Shown: in pieces, positions 47,125 to 59,022 of the stretch | Numbering within the stretch: position 1 is the stretch's first letter | Layout of the letters: every line of letters starts with the position of its first letter | DNA from: Candidatus Deferrimicrobiaceae bacterium | GTDB lineage: Bacteria; Desulfobacterota; Deferrimicrobia; Deferrimicrobiales; Deferrimicrobiaceae | DNA length: 64,000 nucleotides | NCBI GenBank assembly: GCA_963792415.1 | Contig: CAWBVY010000006.1 | Coordinates: 1-64,000, forward strand | Direction of reading: 5' to 3' | Position numbers and translations under genes: made by a program | Notes under the pieces: generated by a model | What the model was told of the DNA's origin: nothing | Seen by the model: only the letters and a program-made list of their open reading frames with translations | Database searches by the model: none

Positions 47125-48245
47125 TCCCGGAATCCCGCGACGAGCGCGCCCTCCTCGTCTACGCGCACCGGAAGCGGGCCCGCGGACCGGCGGCGGTGCT
47201 CCACGTCGCCGAGGTGATGGACGAGCTGAAGGACCTCGTCCTCGCGGCGGGTGCGAAGGTGGTGGCCTCCCGCGTGCAAAGCGTCGACTCCGAGAATCCG
47301 GCCACGGTCGTGGGGAAGGGGACCATCGTCCGCCTGAAGGAGGAGATCGAAACGCTGGGCGCGAACCTGGTGGTCTTCCAGAACCTGCTCAAACCGAAGC
47401 AGCAGGCGCTTCTCGAGGAGGAACTCGACGTGAAGACCCTCGACCGCCGCGAGGTCATCCTCGACATCTTCGCCCGGCGGGCGCGCACCCGGGAGGGGAA
47501 GCTCCAGGTGGAGCTCGCCCAGCTCTCGTTCCGGCTCGGGAGGCTCGCGGGGGGGCGGAAGGAGCTGTCGCGGCTCGGCGGCGGGATCGGGACCCGGGGA
47601 CCGGGAGAGAAGAAGCTCGAGGAGGACCGCCGCCGCATCCGCGCGCAGATCCGGCAGCTCGAGCGGGAGCTGACCACGGTGCGCCGGACGCGTTCGCTCC
47701 ACTACCAGCGGCGCCGGGAGGTCGGGTTCCCCGTGGTCGCGCTCGTCGGGTACACCAACGCCGGGAAATCGACCCTCTTCAACCGGCTGACGGGTGCCGA
47801 CGTCCTCGTCGCGGACCAGCTCTTCGCCACGCTCGACCCCACCGCCCGGAAGTTCCGGCTTCCCGGCGGCAGGGAGGCGATCCTCGTGGACACGGTGGGG
47901 TTCATCCACGACCTTCCGGACGAACTCCGGCAGGCGTTCCTCGCGACGCTCGAGGGGATCGGGGAGGCGGACCTCCTCCTCCACGTCGCGGACGGAAGCT
48001 CCGACGCGGTGGAGAGCAACGTCGGATCGGTGAACGCGATCCTCGGTGAACTGTCGTTTCGCGAGAAGCCGATCGCCCTCCTGATGAACAAGCGCGACCG
48101 TTGCCTCCCCGGGGTGCCGCCGCAGGAAGGGGCCCTGTGGATTTCCGCGAAGTCGGGGGAGGGGATTCCGGAGCTACTGACGCTGATCGAAAGGGAACTA
48201 TGGATTCACCGTCCGCAAGAGAACGTTTCGACGCCGCCCGCCTGA
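47121..48245 (+). CDS. hflX: GTPase HflX
   Basis: ILDIFARRA, GGGIGTRGPGE, GYTNAGKST, LFATLD, DTVGFI. Confidence 0.96.
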   Translation: MIPESRDERALLVYAHRKRARGPAAVLHVAEVMDELKDLVLAAGAKVVASRVQSVDSENPATVVGKGTIVRLKEEIETLGANLVVFQNLLKPKQQALLEEELDVKTLDRREVILDIFARRARTREGKLQVELAQLSFRLGRLAGGRKELSRLGGGIGTRGPGEKKLEEDRRRIRAQIRQLERELTTVRRTRSLHYQRRREVGFPVVALVGYTNAGKSTLFNRLTGADVLVADQLFATLDPTARKFRLPGGREAILVDTVGFIHDLPDELRQAFLATLEGIGEADLLLHVADGSSDAVESNVGSVNAILGELSFREKPIALLMNKRDRCLPGVPPQEGALWISAKSGEGIPELLTLIERELWIHRPQENVSTPPA

Positions 48246-48802
48246 TCAACATCGCCAACGGGCTGACGGCGGCCAGGATCCTCCTGGTCCCGTACTTCGC
48301 CTACCTGCTGATCTCCGACAGGGAGAAGTCGGCGTTGCTGGTGTTCGCCATCTGCGGGGCGACGGACGCGCTCGACGGCCTGCTCGCCCGCCGGCTGAAG
48401 CAGCGGACGCTGGTCGGGGCGCTCCTCGACCCGATCGCCGACAAGCTGCTGATGGCGACCGCCTTCATCGTCCTCTCCTACGTCCACGTCGTTCCCCTGC
48501 GGCTCACCATCATGGTGATCAGCAGGGACATCATCATTCTCGTGGGGAGCTTCCTCTACCTCCTCCTCTTCGATGCGCGCGACATCCGGGCGACGGGACT
48601 CAGCAAGGCGAACACGGCGGTCCAGATCCTGACGGTCATCTATTTCCTCTCGGTGGCGGCGTTTCCCGGAAAGGCGGTCGCGCTGGGGGCCGGAATGGGG
48701 ACCCTCCCTTTCCGGGCCGTCACGCTGGTCTGCGCGGCCACGACAATCGCCTCCGGGCTCCAGTACCTGTACATCGGCCTCCGGAAGCTCTCCGATGCGT
48801 GA
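48200..48802 (+). CDS. CDP-alcohol phosphatidyltransferase (PgsA-like)
   Basis: NIANGLTAARI; TDALDGLLAR...GALLDPIADK motif. Confidence 0.9.
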   Translation: MDSPSARERFDAARLINIANGLTAARILLVPYFAYLLISDREKSALLVFAICGATDALDGLLARRLKQRTLVGALLDPIADKLLMATAFIVLSYVHVVPLRLTIMVISRDIIILVGSFLYLLLFDARDIRATGLSKANTAVQILTVIYFLSVAAFPGKAVALGAGMGTLPFRAVTLVCAATTIASGLQYLYIGLRKLSDA

Positions 48803-50135
48803 GGCCGCCGGGGACGGTTCCCCGGGGAGCGGCGTCCGCGTCGAGGCCGTTACCCCCGGATCCCCCGCGGACCGCGCCGGGATCGCCGCCGGGGACCGGA
48901 TCCTCTCCGTGTCGGGCCGCCCGGTGGAGGACCTCCTCGACCTCCATTTCCTCACTTCGAGGAGCCGGTTCACCCTCGCGTGGCGGGACGCGTCCGGGGC
49001 CGGTCGGAAAAAGGAGTTCCGCCTGCGGGGAGAGACCCCGGGAATCTTCCCGGAGCCGATCCGCGTGCGCCGCTGCCGCAACCGGTGCATCTTCTGCTTC
49101 GTCCACCAGCTTCCGAAGGGGCTTCGGCGCACCCTGTACGTGAAGGACGAGGACGTCCGCCTCTCCTTCCTGCACGGGCAATACGTCACCTTCTCGGATC
49201 TTTCCGGGGAGGAGGAGGCGAAGATCGTCCGGTACCGCCTCTCGCCGCTCTACGTGTCGATCCACACGACCGACCCGGGGCTGCGCGGGAGGATGCTCGG
49301 GAACCCGCGGGTGAACGACGTGATGCGCGTGATGCGGCGACTGATCCGCGCAGGGATCGCCCTTCACGGCCAGATCGTCGTCTGCCCCGGCCTCAACGAC
49401 GGCGCGGAGCTCGCACGAACCCTCCGGGAGCTCTCCGGGCTGCGCCCCGGGCTTCGCTCGGTGGCGGTGGTCCCGGTGGGCCTCACTTCCCATCGGGCCG
49501 GGCTGCCGCCGCTGCGCCCGGTAACCGTGGGCGAGGCGGGGGAGACGCTGGACCTGCTCCGCGCGCTGGCCCGGGAATTCGGGAAAGGGGCGGACGGGGA
49601 GCCGTTCGCCGTCGCCGCGGACGAATATTACCTGAAGGCGGGGCGGGACGTTCCCGGCCGCGCATCGTACGGATCGTTCGCGCAGATCGAAAACGGCGTG
49701 GGACTGGTCCGGCGATTCCTGGACGAGGCGTCCTCCCTGTTCCGGAGGAGACGCTGGCCGGGGAGCGCCGCGGGAGGCACCGTGGTAACGGGACGTTCCG
49801 CATCTTCCCTTGTCGTTGAATTTCTTGAGGAATTCTCCTCCAGGGCGGGGGCGCGGTTCATCCCATTTCCGGTCGTCAACCGCCTGATGGGGGAGAGCGT
49901 CACCGTCACCGGGCTGCTCGGGGGGAACGACATCGCGGAGGCCGTCCGGGGGCGTGTCCACGGGACGCTGTACATCCCCTCGATCACCCTTCGGGACGCG
50001 GGGGACCTGTTCCTCGACGGGCTCTCCCCGTCGGAAATCTCGCGGCGGACCGGCGCGCGGGTCATCCTTTTCGAGCCGACCCCCAGGGGGTTCCTCGACG
50101 CCGTCTACCCACGGAACCGTCCGGAATATCATTGA
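48795..50135 (+). CDS. DUF512 PDZ/radical-SAM-like Fe-S protein
   Basis: PDZ (VTPGSPADRAGI), CRNRCIFCFVHQLP, YVKDEDVRLSF, QIENGVG, VTGLLGGND. Confidence 0.9.
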   Translation: MREAAGDGSPGSGVRVEAVTPGSPADRAGIAAGDRILSVSGRPVEDLLDLHFLTSRSRFTLAWRDASGAGRKKEFRLRGETPGIFPEPIRVRRCRNRCIFCFVHQLPKGLRRTLYVKDEDVRLSFLHGQYVTFSDLSGEEEAKIVRYRLSPLYVSIHTTDPGLRGRMLGNPRVNDVMRVMRRLIRAGIALHGQIVVCPGLNDGAELARTLRELSGLRPGLRSVAVVPVGLTSHRAGLPPLRPVTVGEAGETLDLLRALAREFGKGADGEPFAVAADEYYLKAGRDVPGRASYGSFAQIENGVGLVRRFLDEASSLFRRRRWPGSAAGGTVVTGRSASSLVVEFLEEFSSRAGARFIPFPVVNRLMGESVTVTGLLGGNDIAEAVRGRVHGTLYIPSITLRDAGDLFLDGLSPSEISRRTGARVILFEPTPRGFLDAVYPRNRPEYH

Positions 50136-50160
50136 CATTTCCTTCGGCAGCCGGTAAATT
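50132..50160 (+). promoter_or_regulatory. sigma70 promoter of tRNA-Val/thrS
   Basis: TTGACA-17 bp-TAAATT. Confidence 0.7.
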
Positions 50161-50182
50161 CATTGATCCTGATCGGAGGGAT

Positions 50183-50259
50183 GGGCGATTAGCTCAGATG
50201 GTTAGAGTACCTGCTTGACATGCAGGGGGTCACTGGTTCAAGTCCAGTATCGCCCACCA
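50183..50259 (+). tRNA. tRNA-Val(GAC)
   Basis: GGGCGAT/ATCGCCC acceptor stem, anticodon arm CCTGC-TTGACAT-GCAGG, GTTCAA T-loop, encoded CCA. Confidence 0.97.
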
Positions 50260-50365
50260 TTTCTCTCCCCCGAACGGCGCGCATCGCGCACGGCACCGCA
50301 ACGTGCCGGCTCGGCGCGGGAATTTGTTTTTTTTTGCCGGAAATCCGCAGGGAGTCTGCGCACGG

Positions 50366-52216
<1,851 letters not shown>

Positions 52217-52227
52217 AGGAGGACGTC

Positions 52228-52851
52228 ATCGCCAAGGAATCGAGAATCAACGAACAGATCCAGGTACCGGAAGTCCGGCTCGTGGGCCCCGATGGGGAGC
52301 AGTTGGGAGTCGTGAGCACGTCGGAGGCGCTCCAGCGCGCGAGGTCCCAGGACCTCGACCTGGTCGAAGTGGCCCCCATGGCCGCGCCCCCGGTCTGCCG
52401 GATCATGGATTTCGGCAAGTTCAAGTACATCACGAGCAAGCGGGAGCAGGAGGCGAGGAAGAAGCAGACCGTGATCCAGGTCAAGGAGATCAAGGTCCGC
52501 CCGAAGACGGAAGAGCACGACCTGAACACGAAGCTGAAACATATCCGCCGCTTCCTCGAGGAGGGCGACAAGGTCAAGGTGACCGTCCGGTTCCGCGGAC
52601 GGGAACTCGCCTACGCCTCGCAGAGCGGCTTCGAGGTCCTGAAGCACATCGTGGAATCGATCGCCGACATCGCGAAGGTCGAATCCGCCCCGAAGATGGA
52701 AGGGAAGACGATGATGGCCATCGTCTCCCCCACGATGCACAAGAAAAAGCCCGTCGCCGTCGCCGAAAAGCCCGCGGCCGCGACACCGGCGGCCCCGAAA
52801 GCCGCGCCGCAAGCGACGACCGCGCCACCGGCGCAGAAACTGGAGGGATAG
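52228..52851 (+). CDS. infC: Translation initiation factor IF-3 (ATC start)
   Basis: RBS AAGGAGG, then ATC-GCC-AAG-GAA-TCG-AGA-ATC-AAC (RINEQI...VRLV), DLVEV, PPVCRIMD, KEIK, RFRGRE. Confidence 0.95.
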   Translation: MAKESRINEQIQVPEVRLVGPDGEQLGVVSTSEALQRARSQDLDLVEVAPMAAPPVCRIMDFGKFKYITSKREQEARKKQTVIQVKEIKVRPKTEEHDLNTKLKHIRRFLEEGDKVKVTVRFRGRELAYASQSGFEVLKHIVESIADIAKVESAPKMEGKTMMAIVSPTMHKKKPVAVAEKPAAATPAAPKAAPQATTAPPAQKLEG

Positions 52852-52854
52852 GTC

Positions 52855-53052
52855 ATGCCGAAGATGAAATCGAACCGGGGCGCGAGCAAGCGGTTTCGCG
52901 CCACGGGGGCGGGCGGGATCAAGCGCGCCAAGTCCGGGAAGAGCCACATCCTGACGTCGAAGGACCGGAAGCGGAAGCGCGCGCTGCGCAAGTCGGCCCT
53001 GGTCCACCACACGAACGAAAAGTCGATCCGCCGCCTGCTGCCGTACCTGTAA
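52855..53052 (+). CDS. rpmI: 50S ribosomal protein L35
   Basis: [14 protein letters not shown]...HILT...LLPYL. Confidence 0.97.
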   Translation: MPKMKSNRGASKRFRATGAGGIKRAKSGKSHILTSKDRKRKRALRKSALVHHTNEKSIRRLLPYL

Positions 53053-53106
53053 AAGAACCCCGGGAACGCCGGTTAACAGCGAAGAACAAGGTAGAAGGGA
53101 AACGAC

Positions 53107-53463
53107 ATGCCTCGCGTGAAAAGAGCCGTACATTCGCACAAGAAGCGCCGCGCCGTCCTCAAGCTCGCCAAGGGATACCGCGGCGGCCACGGAAACCTGC
53201 TGCGCTCCGCCAAGGAAGCGGTCGCGCGCGCCCTCCGGTACGCCTACCGCGACCGGCGGAACGTCAAGCGGGAGTTCCGGGCCCTCTGGATCGTCCGCGT
53301 GAACGCCGCCGCCCGCGAGCACGGGCTCTCCTACAGCCAGTTCCTGTTCGGGCTGAAAAAGGCGGGCGTCGAGGTCGACCGGAAGATCCTCGCGGACCTC
53401 GCCGTCAACGATCCCGCCGGGTTCCGCGCGATCGCCGAACAGTCCAAAGCCGCCCTGGCGTAA
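53107..53463 (+). CDS. rplT: 50S ribosomal protein L20
   Basis: [41 protein letters not shown]. Confidence 0.98.
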   Translation: MPRVKRAVHSHKKRRAVLKLAKGYRGGHGNLLRSAKEAVARALRYAYRDRRNVKREFRALWIVRVNAAAREHGLSYSQFLFGLKKAGVEVDRKILADLAVNDPAGFRAIAEQSKAALA

Positions 53464-53479
53464 CGGGGAGGTCCTGGGC

Positions 53480-54514
53480 TTGCCCGGCACCTCCGAGCAG
53501 ATCACGCGCCTCCGCGAGGAGGGGATGGCGGCCATCGCGGCCGCCCGCAGCGAGAGCGACCTCCTCGACGCGAAAGGCCGCTTCTTCGGGAAGAAAGGCG
53601 CCGTCTCGGGGATCCTGAAGGGCGTCGCCGGCCTTCCCGTGGAGGAGCGCAAGGCGGTCGGCGAACTGGCGAACCGCGCGCGCGCGGAGCTCGAGTCCGC
53701 GTTCGACGCCCGGCTCGCGGGGATCCGCGACCAGGAGCGGCATCGAAGGGAGGGGCGGGAGCGGATCGACGTCACCCTGCCCGGCAGGGCGCCGATGCCG
53801 GGCCACCGGCATCCCGTCTCGCGGACGATGTCCGACGTCCTCTCCGCCTTCCGTCGCCTCGGCTTCTCCGTCCAGTGCGGACCGGACGTCGAGACGGACT
53901 ACTACAACTTCGAGTCGCTCAACTTCCCCCCGGAGCACCCGGCGCGCGACATGCAGGACACGTTCTACGTCGAATCCGCGGCCGGCGACCTCGTTCTCCG
54001 CACCCATACCTCGCCGGTCCAGATCCGGACGATGGAGCGGACGAAGCCCCCGGTCCGGATCGTCGCGCCCGGCACCGTCTATCGGTCCGACTCCGACATC
54101 ACGCACTCCCCGATGTTCCACCAGGTGGAAGGCCTCGCGGTCGACCGGGACATCACGATGGCCGACCTCAAGGGGCTGCTCACCGAGTTCTGCCGGATGA
54201 CCTTCGGGCCCGCGACGCCGGTCCGGTTCCGCCCGAGCTATTTCCCGTTCACCGAGCCGTCCGCCGAGATGGACATCCAGTGCGTCCTCTGCGGGGGGGC
54301 CGGGTGCCGCGTGTGCAAGGAGTCCGGGTGGCTCGAGATCCTCGGCGCGGGAATGGTCGATCCCTCGGTCTTCGGCTTCGTGGGGTACGACCCGGAGGAG
54401 TACGCCGGCTTCGCGTTCGGCATGGGCATCGAGCGGATCGCCATGCTGCGGCACGGGATCTCGGACATCCGCCTCCTGTTCGAAAACGACCTCCGTTTTC
54501 TCTCGCAGTTCTGA
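53480..54514 (+). CDS. pheS: Phenylalanine--tRNA ligase alpha subunit
   Basis: HPARDMQDTF, LRTHTSPVQ, HSPMFHQVEG, RPSYFPFTEPS, FAFGMGIER. Confidence 0.98.
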   Translation: MPGTSEQITRLREEGMAAIAAARSESDLLDAKGRFFGKKGAVSGILKGVAGLPVEERKAVGELANRARAELESAFDARLAGIRDQERHRREGRERIDVTLPGRAPMPGHRHPVSRTMSDVLSAFRRLGFSVQCGPDVETDYYNFESLNFPPEHPARDMQDTFYVESAAGDLVLRTHTSPVQIRTMERTKPPVRIVAPGTVYRSDSDITHSPMFHQVEGLAVDRDITMADLKGLLTEFCRMTFGPATPVRFRPSYFPFTEPSAEMDIQCVLCGGAGCRVCKESGWLEILGAGMVDPSVFGFVGYDPEEYAGFAFGMGIERIAMLRHGISDIRLLFENDLRFLSQF

Positions 54515-54541
54515 CGCCGCGCCGGGAAGGAAAGCGTCCGC

Positions 54542-56947
54542 TTGAAGATACCGTATTCGTGGCTGAAGGAGTTCATCGACACGCGCCTCACCCCGGCGGA
54601 GGCGCAGGAAGCGCTCACGATGGCGGGGGTGGAAGTCTCCTCCTGCCGGTTCCTCGGGGAGGGGCTCGATTCGGTCGTCACCGCGCGGATCCTCGAGATG
54701 CGGCCGCACCCGGACGCGGACCGGCTTTCCCTGTGCAAGGTGACCGACGGGTCGACCACGTTCGGGATCGTCTGCGGAGCGAAGAACATGAAGGCCGGGG
54801 ACGCGGTCGCGCTGGCGAAGACCGGCGCGCGGCTTCCCAACGGCGTCGAGATCCGGAAAGCGAAGATCCGCGGCCAGGCGTCCGAGGGGATGCTCTGCTC
54901 GGAGCAGGAGCTGAAGCTCGCCGAGTCGTCCCCGGGGATCCTGATCCTCCCGGAGGATACGGCCCCCGGCAGGCCACTTGCCGACACGCTCGGGCTTTCC
55001 GACTGGCTCCTCGAGGTCGAGATCACGCCGAACCGGGGCGACTGCCTGAGCGTCCTCGGCGTGGCGCGCGAGATCGCCTCCATCACCGGGGAGAAGGTCG
55101 TTCTCCCCGACGTCCCCTTCCCGGAGGAGGGGGAGCCGATCGGGAACCTTCTTCGGGTCGATGTCTCCGACCCGGACCTGTGCCCGCGGTACACCGCCCG
55201 GGCGATCTCCGGCGTGACCATCGCCTCGTCCCCGGACTGGATGCGGCGGCGCCTCGCCCTGTGCGGGATCCGCCCGATCAACAACATCGTCGACATCACG
55301 AACTACCTGCTGCTCGAGGTCGGCCAGCCGATGCACGCCTTCGACCTCGACCGGCTCCGCGGGGCCAGGATCGACGTGCGCGCCCCGAAAGAGCCGCTGA
55401 CCTTCACGACCCTGGACGGGTCGGAGCGGAGGATCGAGGCCGGGACGCTCCTCATCCACGACGGGGAGGGTCCGGTGGCCGTCGCCGGCGTGATGGGCGG
55501 GGCCAACAGCGAGGTCGTCGACGGGACGACGCGCATCGTCTTCGAGAGCGCCCACTTCTCGCCCCCCTCGATCCGCCGGACGGCGAAGCGGCTGGGGCTG
55601 TCGAGCGAATCCTCGTACCGCTTCGAGCGGGGAGTCGACCCGGCGGGAACCGTCTACGCAGCGGACCGGGCGGTGTCGCTCCTTTCCCGTTTCGCCCCCC
55701 TGACCGTCGCCAGGGGGGTGATCGACGTCGGCGTGGGGAACGTGAAGCCGAAAACGGTGCCGTTCCGTCCGGAGCGCGCCACCCGGATCATGGGGAGGGT
55801 GTACGCACCGGAAGCGTGCCGGGAGATCTTCGCGCGCCTCGGGTTCCCGGTCGCGGTCGGCGGGGCGGGAACGTGGACCGTCACGGTCCCCACGCACCGG
55901 TTCGACATCGAGCGGGAGATCGACCTGGTCGAGGAGGTCGCCCGGCTCTCCGGGTACGACTCCATCCCCACGACGTATCCCGAATCGAAGGCCCCGGAAT
56001 TTTCCGCGGACGACCGGTTCGTCGACCTCCAGGAACGGGCCTTCGACTTCCTCCGCGGACGCGGGTTTTCCCAGGCGGTGAACTTCTCCTTCGTCGGCGG
56101 CCGCACCTGGGAGCGGCTGGGGGAGTTCCTCGGGTTCGACCCCGCGGACGCGGTCCGCATCGTGAACCCGATCTCGGACGACACGACCCTGATGCGCCCG
56201 CACCTGCTGACCGGGCTCCTGTCGAACGCGGCGGACAACGTCCGCCGTTTCATCGACGACGTGCGGCTCTACGAGGGGGGAAAGGCGTTCGGGAAATCGC
56301 ACGTCGAGGGGCACTTCGAGGAAGCCCGGCTCGGCGTGGTCCTCTGCGGCAGGCGGCTTCCGGGCGACTGGTCCGGGGACGCCCCCGCGGACTTCTTCGA
56401 CATGAAAGGGGTCGTCGAGCCCCTGCTGCTGCACCTTTGCGCCTCCCCGGTCCACGTCGTCCCCACGCGCCTCCGGCCGTTCTTCGAGGAAGGGAAGGCG
56501 GCGGACATCCTGCGGGACGGCGAGGTCGTCGCCTGGTTCGGGGCGATCCGGAAGGAGCTGCTCGAGGAATACGCCCTCGCGGGGCCCGTCTTCTACGGGG
56601 AGGTCCGCCTGGCGAAGGCGACCGCCGCGCCGCCGCCCCCGGGCCGGTACGCGCCGCTGCCGAAGTTCCCTCCGGTTTTCAGGGACGTGGCGTGCGTGTT
56701 CCCGTCCGCGGTGCCCGCAGGCGACGTTCTCGCGATGGTCCGCGAGGTTTCCCCCGAGGTCGAGGAAGCCCACGTTTTCGACATCTTCACCGGGGAAAAG
56801 ATCGGGGACGGGAACAAAAGCGTCGGGATCCGGGTGAAGCTGCAAGCCCTTGACAGAACCTTGACGGAATCGGAAGTCCATAGTATACATAGCAAAATCG
56901 TAACCTTATTGGAGAATCGGTTCGGCGGCAAGATTCGAACCTCTTGA
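54542..56947 (+). CDS. pheT: Phenylalanine--tRNA ligase beta subunit
   Basis: HPDADRL, VCGAKN, SEGMLCS, TPNRGDCLS, RFERGVD, DLVEEVAR, FDX-ACB C-terminus. Confidence 0.98.
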   Translation: MKIPYSWLKEFIDTRLTPAEAQEALTMAGVEVSSCRFLGEGLDSVVTARILEMRPHPDADRLSLCKVTDGSTTFGIVCGAKNMKAGDAVALAKTGARLPNGVEIRKAKIRGQASEGMLCSEQELKLAESSPGILILPEDTAPGRPLADTLGLSDWLLEVEITPNRGDCLSVLGVAREIASITGEKVVLPDVPFPEEGEPIGNLLRVDVSDPDLCPRYTARAISGVTIASSPDWMRRRLALCGIRPINNIVDITNYLLLEVGQPMHAFDLDRLRGARIDVRAPKEPLTFTTLDGSERRIEAGTLLIHDGEGPVAVAGVMGGANSEVVDGTTRIVFESAHFSPPSIRRTAKRLGLSSESSYRFERGVDPAGTVYAADRAVSLLSRFAPLTVARGVIDVGVGNVKPKTVPFRPERATRIMGRVYAPEACREIFARLGFPVAVGGAGTWTVTVPTHRFDIEREIDLVEEVARLSGYDSIPTTYPESKAPEFSADDRFVDLQERAFDFLRGRGFSQAVNFSFVGGRTWERLGEFLGFDPADAVRIVNPISDDTTLMRPHLLTGLLSNAADNVRRFIDDVRLYEGGKAFGKSHVEGHFEEARLGVVLCGRRLPGDWSGDAPADFFDMKGVVEPLLLHLCASPVHVVPTRLRPFFEEGKAADILRDGEVVAWFGAIRKELLEEYALAGPVFYGEVRLAKATAAPPPPGRYAPLPKFPPVFRDVACVFPSAVPAGDVLAMVREVSPEVEEAHVFDIFTGEKIGDGNKSVGIRVKLQALDRTLTESEVHSIHSKIVTLLENRFGGKIRTS

Positions 56948-56965
56948 GAAACCGTAGGAGGCGAC

Positions 56966-57259
56966 ATGACGAAAGCGGACCTGGTCGAGATCGTTTACGA
57001 AAAAATCGGTGGTCTCTCCAAGAAGGAATCGCAGGACATCGTGGAGAAGATCTTCGAGACGATGAAGGCCAGTCTCAAGGCGGGTGACAAGATCAAGATT
57101 TCCGGCTTCGGAAATTTCACCCTGCGCGACAAGCGACCGAGGAAGGGGCGGAATCCCCAGACCGGCGACGACATCGAGATCACTGCGCGCCGCGTGCTGA
57201 CGTTCCGTCCGAGCCAGATCTTGAAGTCCCACATCAACGAACCGCCCAAACCGTCCTGA
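56966..57259 (+). CDS. ihfA: Integration host factor alpha subunit
   Basis: MTKADL, KISGFGNF, GRNPQTG, ARRVLTFRPS; located downstream of pheT. Confidence 0.95.
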   Translation: MTKADLVEIVYEKIGGLSKKESQDIVEKIFETMKASLKAGDKIKISGFGNFTLRDKRPRKGRNPQTGDDIEITARRVLTFRPSQILKSHINEPPKPS

Positions 57260-57275
57260 TGCCTTCGCGAAAGGC

Positions 57276-57629
57276 GTGACCGCGACCCAGATACCGGACA
57301 AGTTTCACTTCAAGATCGGCGAGGTCAGTCGAATCTTGGGAGTGAAGCCTTACGTTCTGCGATTCTGGGAAACCGAGTTCCACATCGTTCCCGCGAAGAA
57401 TCGATCCCAGCACCGCGTATACAAGCGACAGGAAGTCGAGACGCTCCTGGAGATCAGGCGCCTCCTCTACGAAGAGCGGTTCACCATCGAGGGCGCCCGG
57501 GCGAAGTTGAAGGAGCAGGCGAAGGAGCGGCAGAAGCAGCTGAAGCTCAACCTCGCCGAAAACCCGACCCGGGCGACGCTGCGGCAGGTCAGAAAAGACC
57601 TCGCGAGAATCAAGGCGATACTTACATAG
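57276..57629 (+). CDS. MerR-family transcriptional regulator
   Basis: IPDKFHFKIGEVS, VLRFWETEF, LLYEERFTIEGA; conserved ihfA neighbour. Confidence 0.92.
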   Translation: MTATQIPDKFHFKIGEVSRILGVKPYVLRFWETEFHIVPAKNRSQHRVYKRQEVETLLEIRRLLYEERFTIEGARAKLKEQAKERQKQLKLNLAENPTRATLRQVRKDLARIKAILT

Positions 57630-57641
57630 ATAAACGTCAAG

Positions 57642-57669
57642 TGGCTGCAATATAAGAATATTGCAGCCA
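57642..57669. other. Perfect 12-bp inverted repeat (hairpin or operator)
   Basis: TGGCTGCAATAT-AAGA-ATATTGCAGCCA between MerR and the cupin gene; no U-tract. Confidence 0.6.
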
Positions 57670-57701
57670 GCAATCCATTCGTTACGGAGACCCGATCGGC
57701 A

Positions 57702-58079
57702 ATGGAGCGAGGCGACCGTCCCTGGGGATATTACCTGGTCCTGCACGAGGATGCCGGGTACAAGGTGAAGCAGTTCGTCGTGAAGCCGGGGAGTCGCCTG
57801 AGCCTGCAACGGCATCGGCGCCGGGCGGAACATTGGCAGGTGGTTCGCGGCGAGGCGGTCGTGACGCGCGGCAAGGAGATTCTCCGGCTGCTTCCGGGAG
57901 GCTCGGTCGACATCCCCCTGGGCGCCGTCCATCGCGTCGAGAGCGTCGGGAAGGAAAACCTCGTCGTCATCGAGGTGCAGATGGGGGAGTACACGGGGGA
58001 GGACGACATCGAGCGGTTCGAGGACGACTACGGGCGGGACGTGACGAAATTCGCGTCGACCGCCCCGAAAAGGAAGTGA
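57702..58079 (+). CDS. Mannose-6-phosphate isomerase type II C-terminal cupin domain protein
   Basis: RPWGYY, VKPGSRLSLQRHRRRAEHW, HRVE, IEVQMGEYTGEDDIERFEDDYGR. Confidence 0.92.
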   Translation: MERGDRPWGYYLVLHEDAGYKVKQFVVKPGSRLSLQRHRRRAEHWQVVRGEAVVTRGKEILRLLPGGSVDIPLGAVHRVESVGKENLVVIEVQMGEYTGEDDIERFEDDYGRDVTKFASTAPKRK

Positions 58080-58119
58080 CAACGTACCCCTCGTCCTGTA
58101 AAATAAATTCCTTACGGAT

Positions 58120-58196
58120 CGGGACGTAGCGCAGCCTGGTAGCGCACTTGCATGGGGTGCAAGGGGTCGCTGGTTCGAGTCCAGTCGTCCCGACCA
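58120..58196 (+). tRNA. tRNA-Pro(GGG)
   Basis: CGGGACG/CGTCCCG acceptor stem, CTTGC-ATGGGGT-GCAAG anticodon arm, GTTCGA T-loop, encoded CCA. Confidence 0.97.
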
Positions 58197-58205
58197 GCAA
58201 GCACG

Positions 58206-58240
58206 AGGGGTTACGAGACACGCTCTCGTAGCCCCTTTTT
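58206..58240 (+). terminator. Intrinsic terminator after tRNA-Pro
   Basis: AGGGGTTACGAGA-CACGC-TCTCGTAGCCCCT followed by a T-tract. Confidence 0.7.
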
Positions 58241-58263
58241 CCTTGAGAAAAAAGGGGGCTCCA

Positions 58264-59022
58264 TTGGGTGACAGCGGGTACGTGATTCTCGTTTCGAACG
58301 ACGACGGCGTCCGCTCCGAGGGGATCGAGGCGCTGGCCGACGCCTTGAAGGAAGTCGGCACCGTGTACGTGGTCGCCCCCGACCGGGAGCGGAGCGCGGC
58401 CAGCCACTCGCTGTCGCTTTCCCACCCGCTGCGGGTGGAGAAGATCTCCCCCCGCGTCTACTCCGTCGACGGCACGCCGACCGACTGCGTCAACCTCGGC
58501 GTGAACGGCATCCTGCGGGGGAAGAAGATCGACCTGGTCGTCTCCGGGATCAACAAGGGGGCGAACCTGGGCGACGACATCACCTACTCCGGCACCGTCT
58601 CCGCGGCGATGGAGGGGACGCTGCTGGGGATCCCCTCGATCGCCGTCTCGCTGGTCACCCGCTCCCGTTTCCGGTTCGAGACGGCCGCGGCGATGGCGGT
58701 GGACGTGGCGCAGAAAGTGCTGAAGCGGGGCCTGCCGGACGACACCCTGCTGAACGTCAACGTGCCCAACGGCGCGCGCGAGGAGATTCAGGGCGTGCGG
58801 GTCACGCGGATGGGGAAGCGGGTCTACGGCGACATGATCGTGGAGAAGCGGGACCCCAGGGGAAGGAAGTATTACTGGATCGGCGGCGACCACCTGAACA
58901 GCGAGGATGTCCCCGGCTCCGACCTCGAGGCGATCGAGGACGGGTACATCTCGGTGACCCCGATCCACCTGGACCTGACGAACTACGCGGCCCTCCGGGC
59001 GTTGCGGAAATGGACCTGGTGA
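58264..59022 (+). CDS. surE: 5'/3'-nucleotidase SurE
   Basis: ILVSNDDG, VAPDRERS, GTPTDCV, SGINKGANLG, YSGTV, SVTPI. Confidence 0.97.
   Translation: MGDSGYVILVSNDDGVRSEGIEALADALKEVGTVYVVAPDRERSAASHSLSLSHPLRVEKISPRVYSVDGTPTDCVNLGVNGILRGKKIDLVVSGINKGANLGDDITYSGTVSAAMEGTLLGIPSIAVSLVTRSRFRFETAAAMAVDVAQKVLKRGLPDDTLLNVNVPNGAREEIQGVRVTRMGKRVYGDMIVEKRDPRGRKYYWIGGDHLNSEDVPGSDLEAIEDGYISVTPIHLDLTNYAALRALRKWTW

Noticed and set aside
50260-50365. thrS leader as a T-box or tRNA-mimic operator
   Set aside because: Only small GC hairpins and a T-run are present; no T-box consensus or clear anticodon-like loop is recognisable.
56861-56889. Internal ihfA promoter in pheT (TTGACG-17-TATACA)
   Set aside because: Plausible, but the -10 lacks the conserved final T, so it is too weak to list as a feature.
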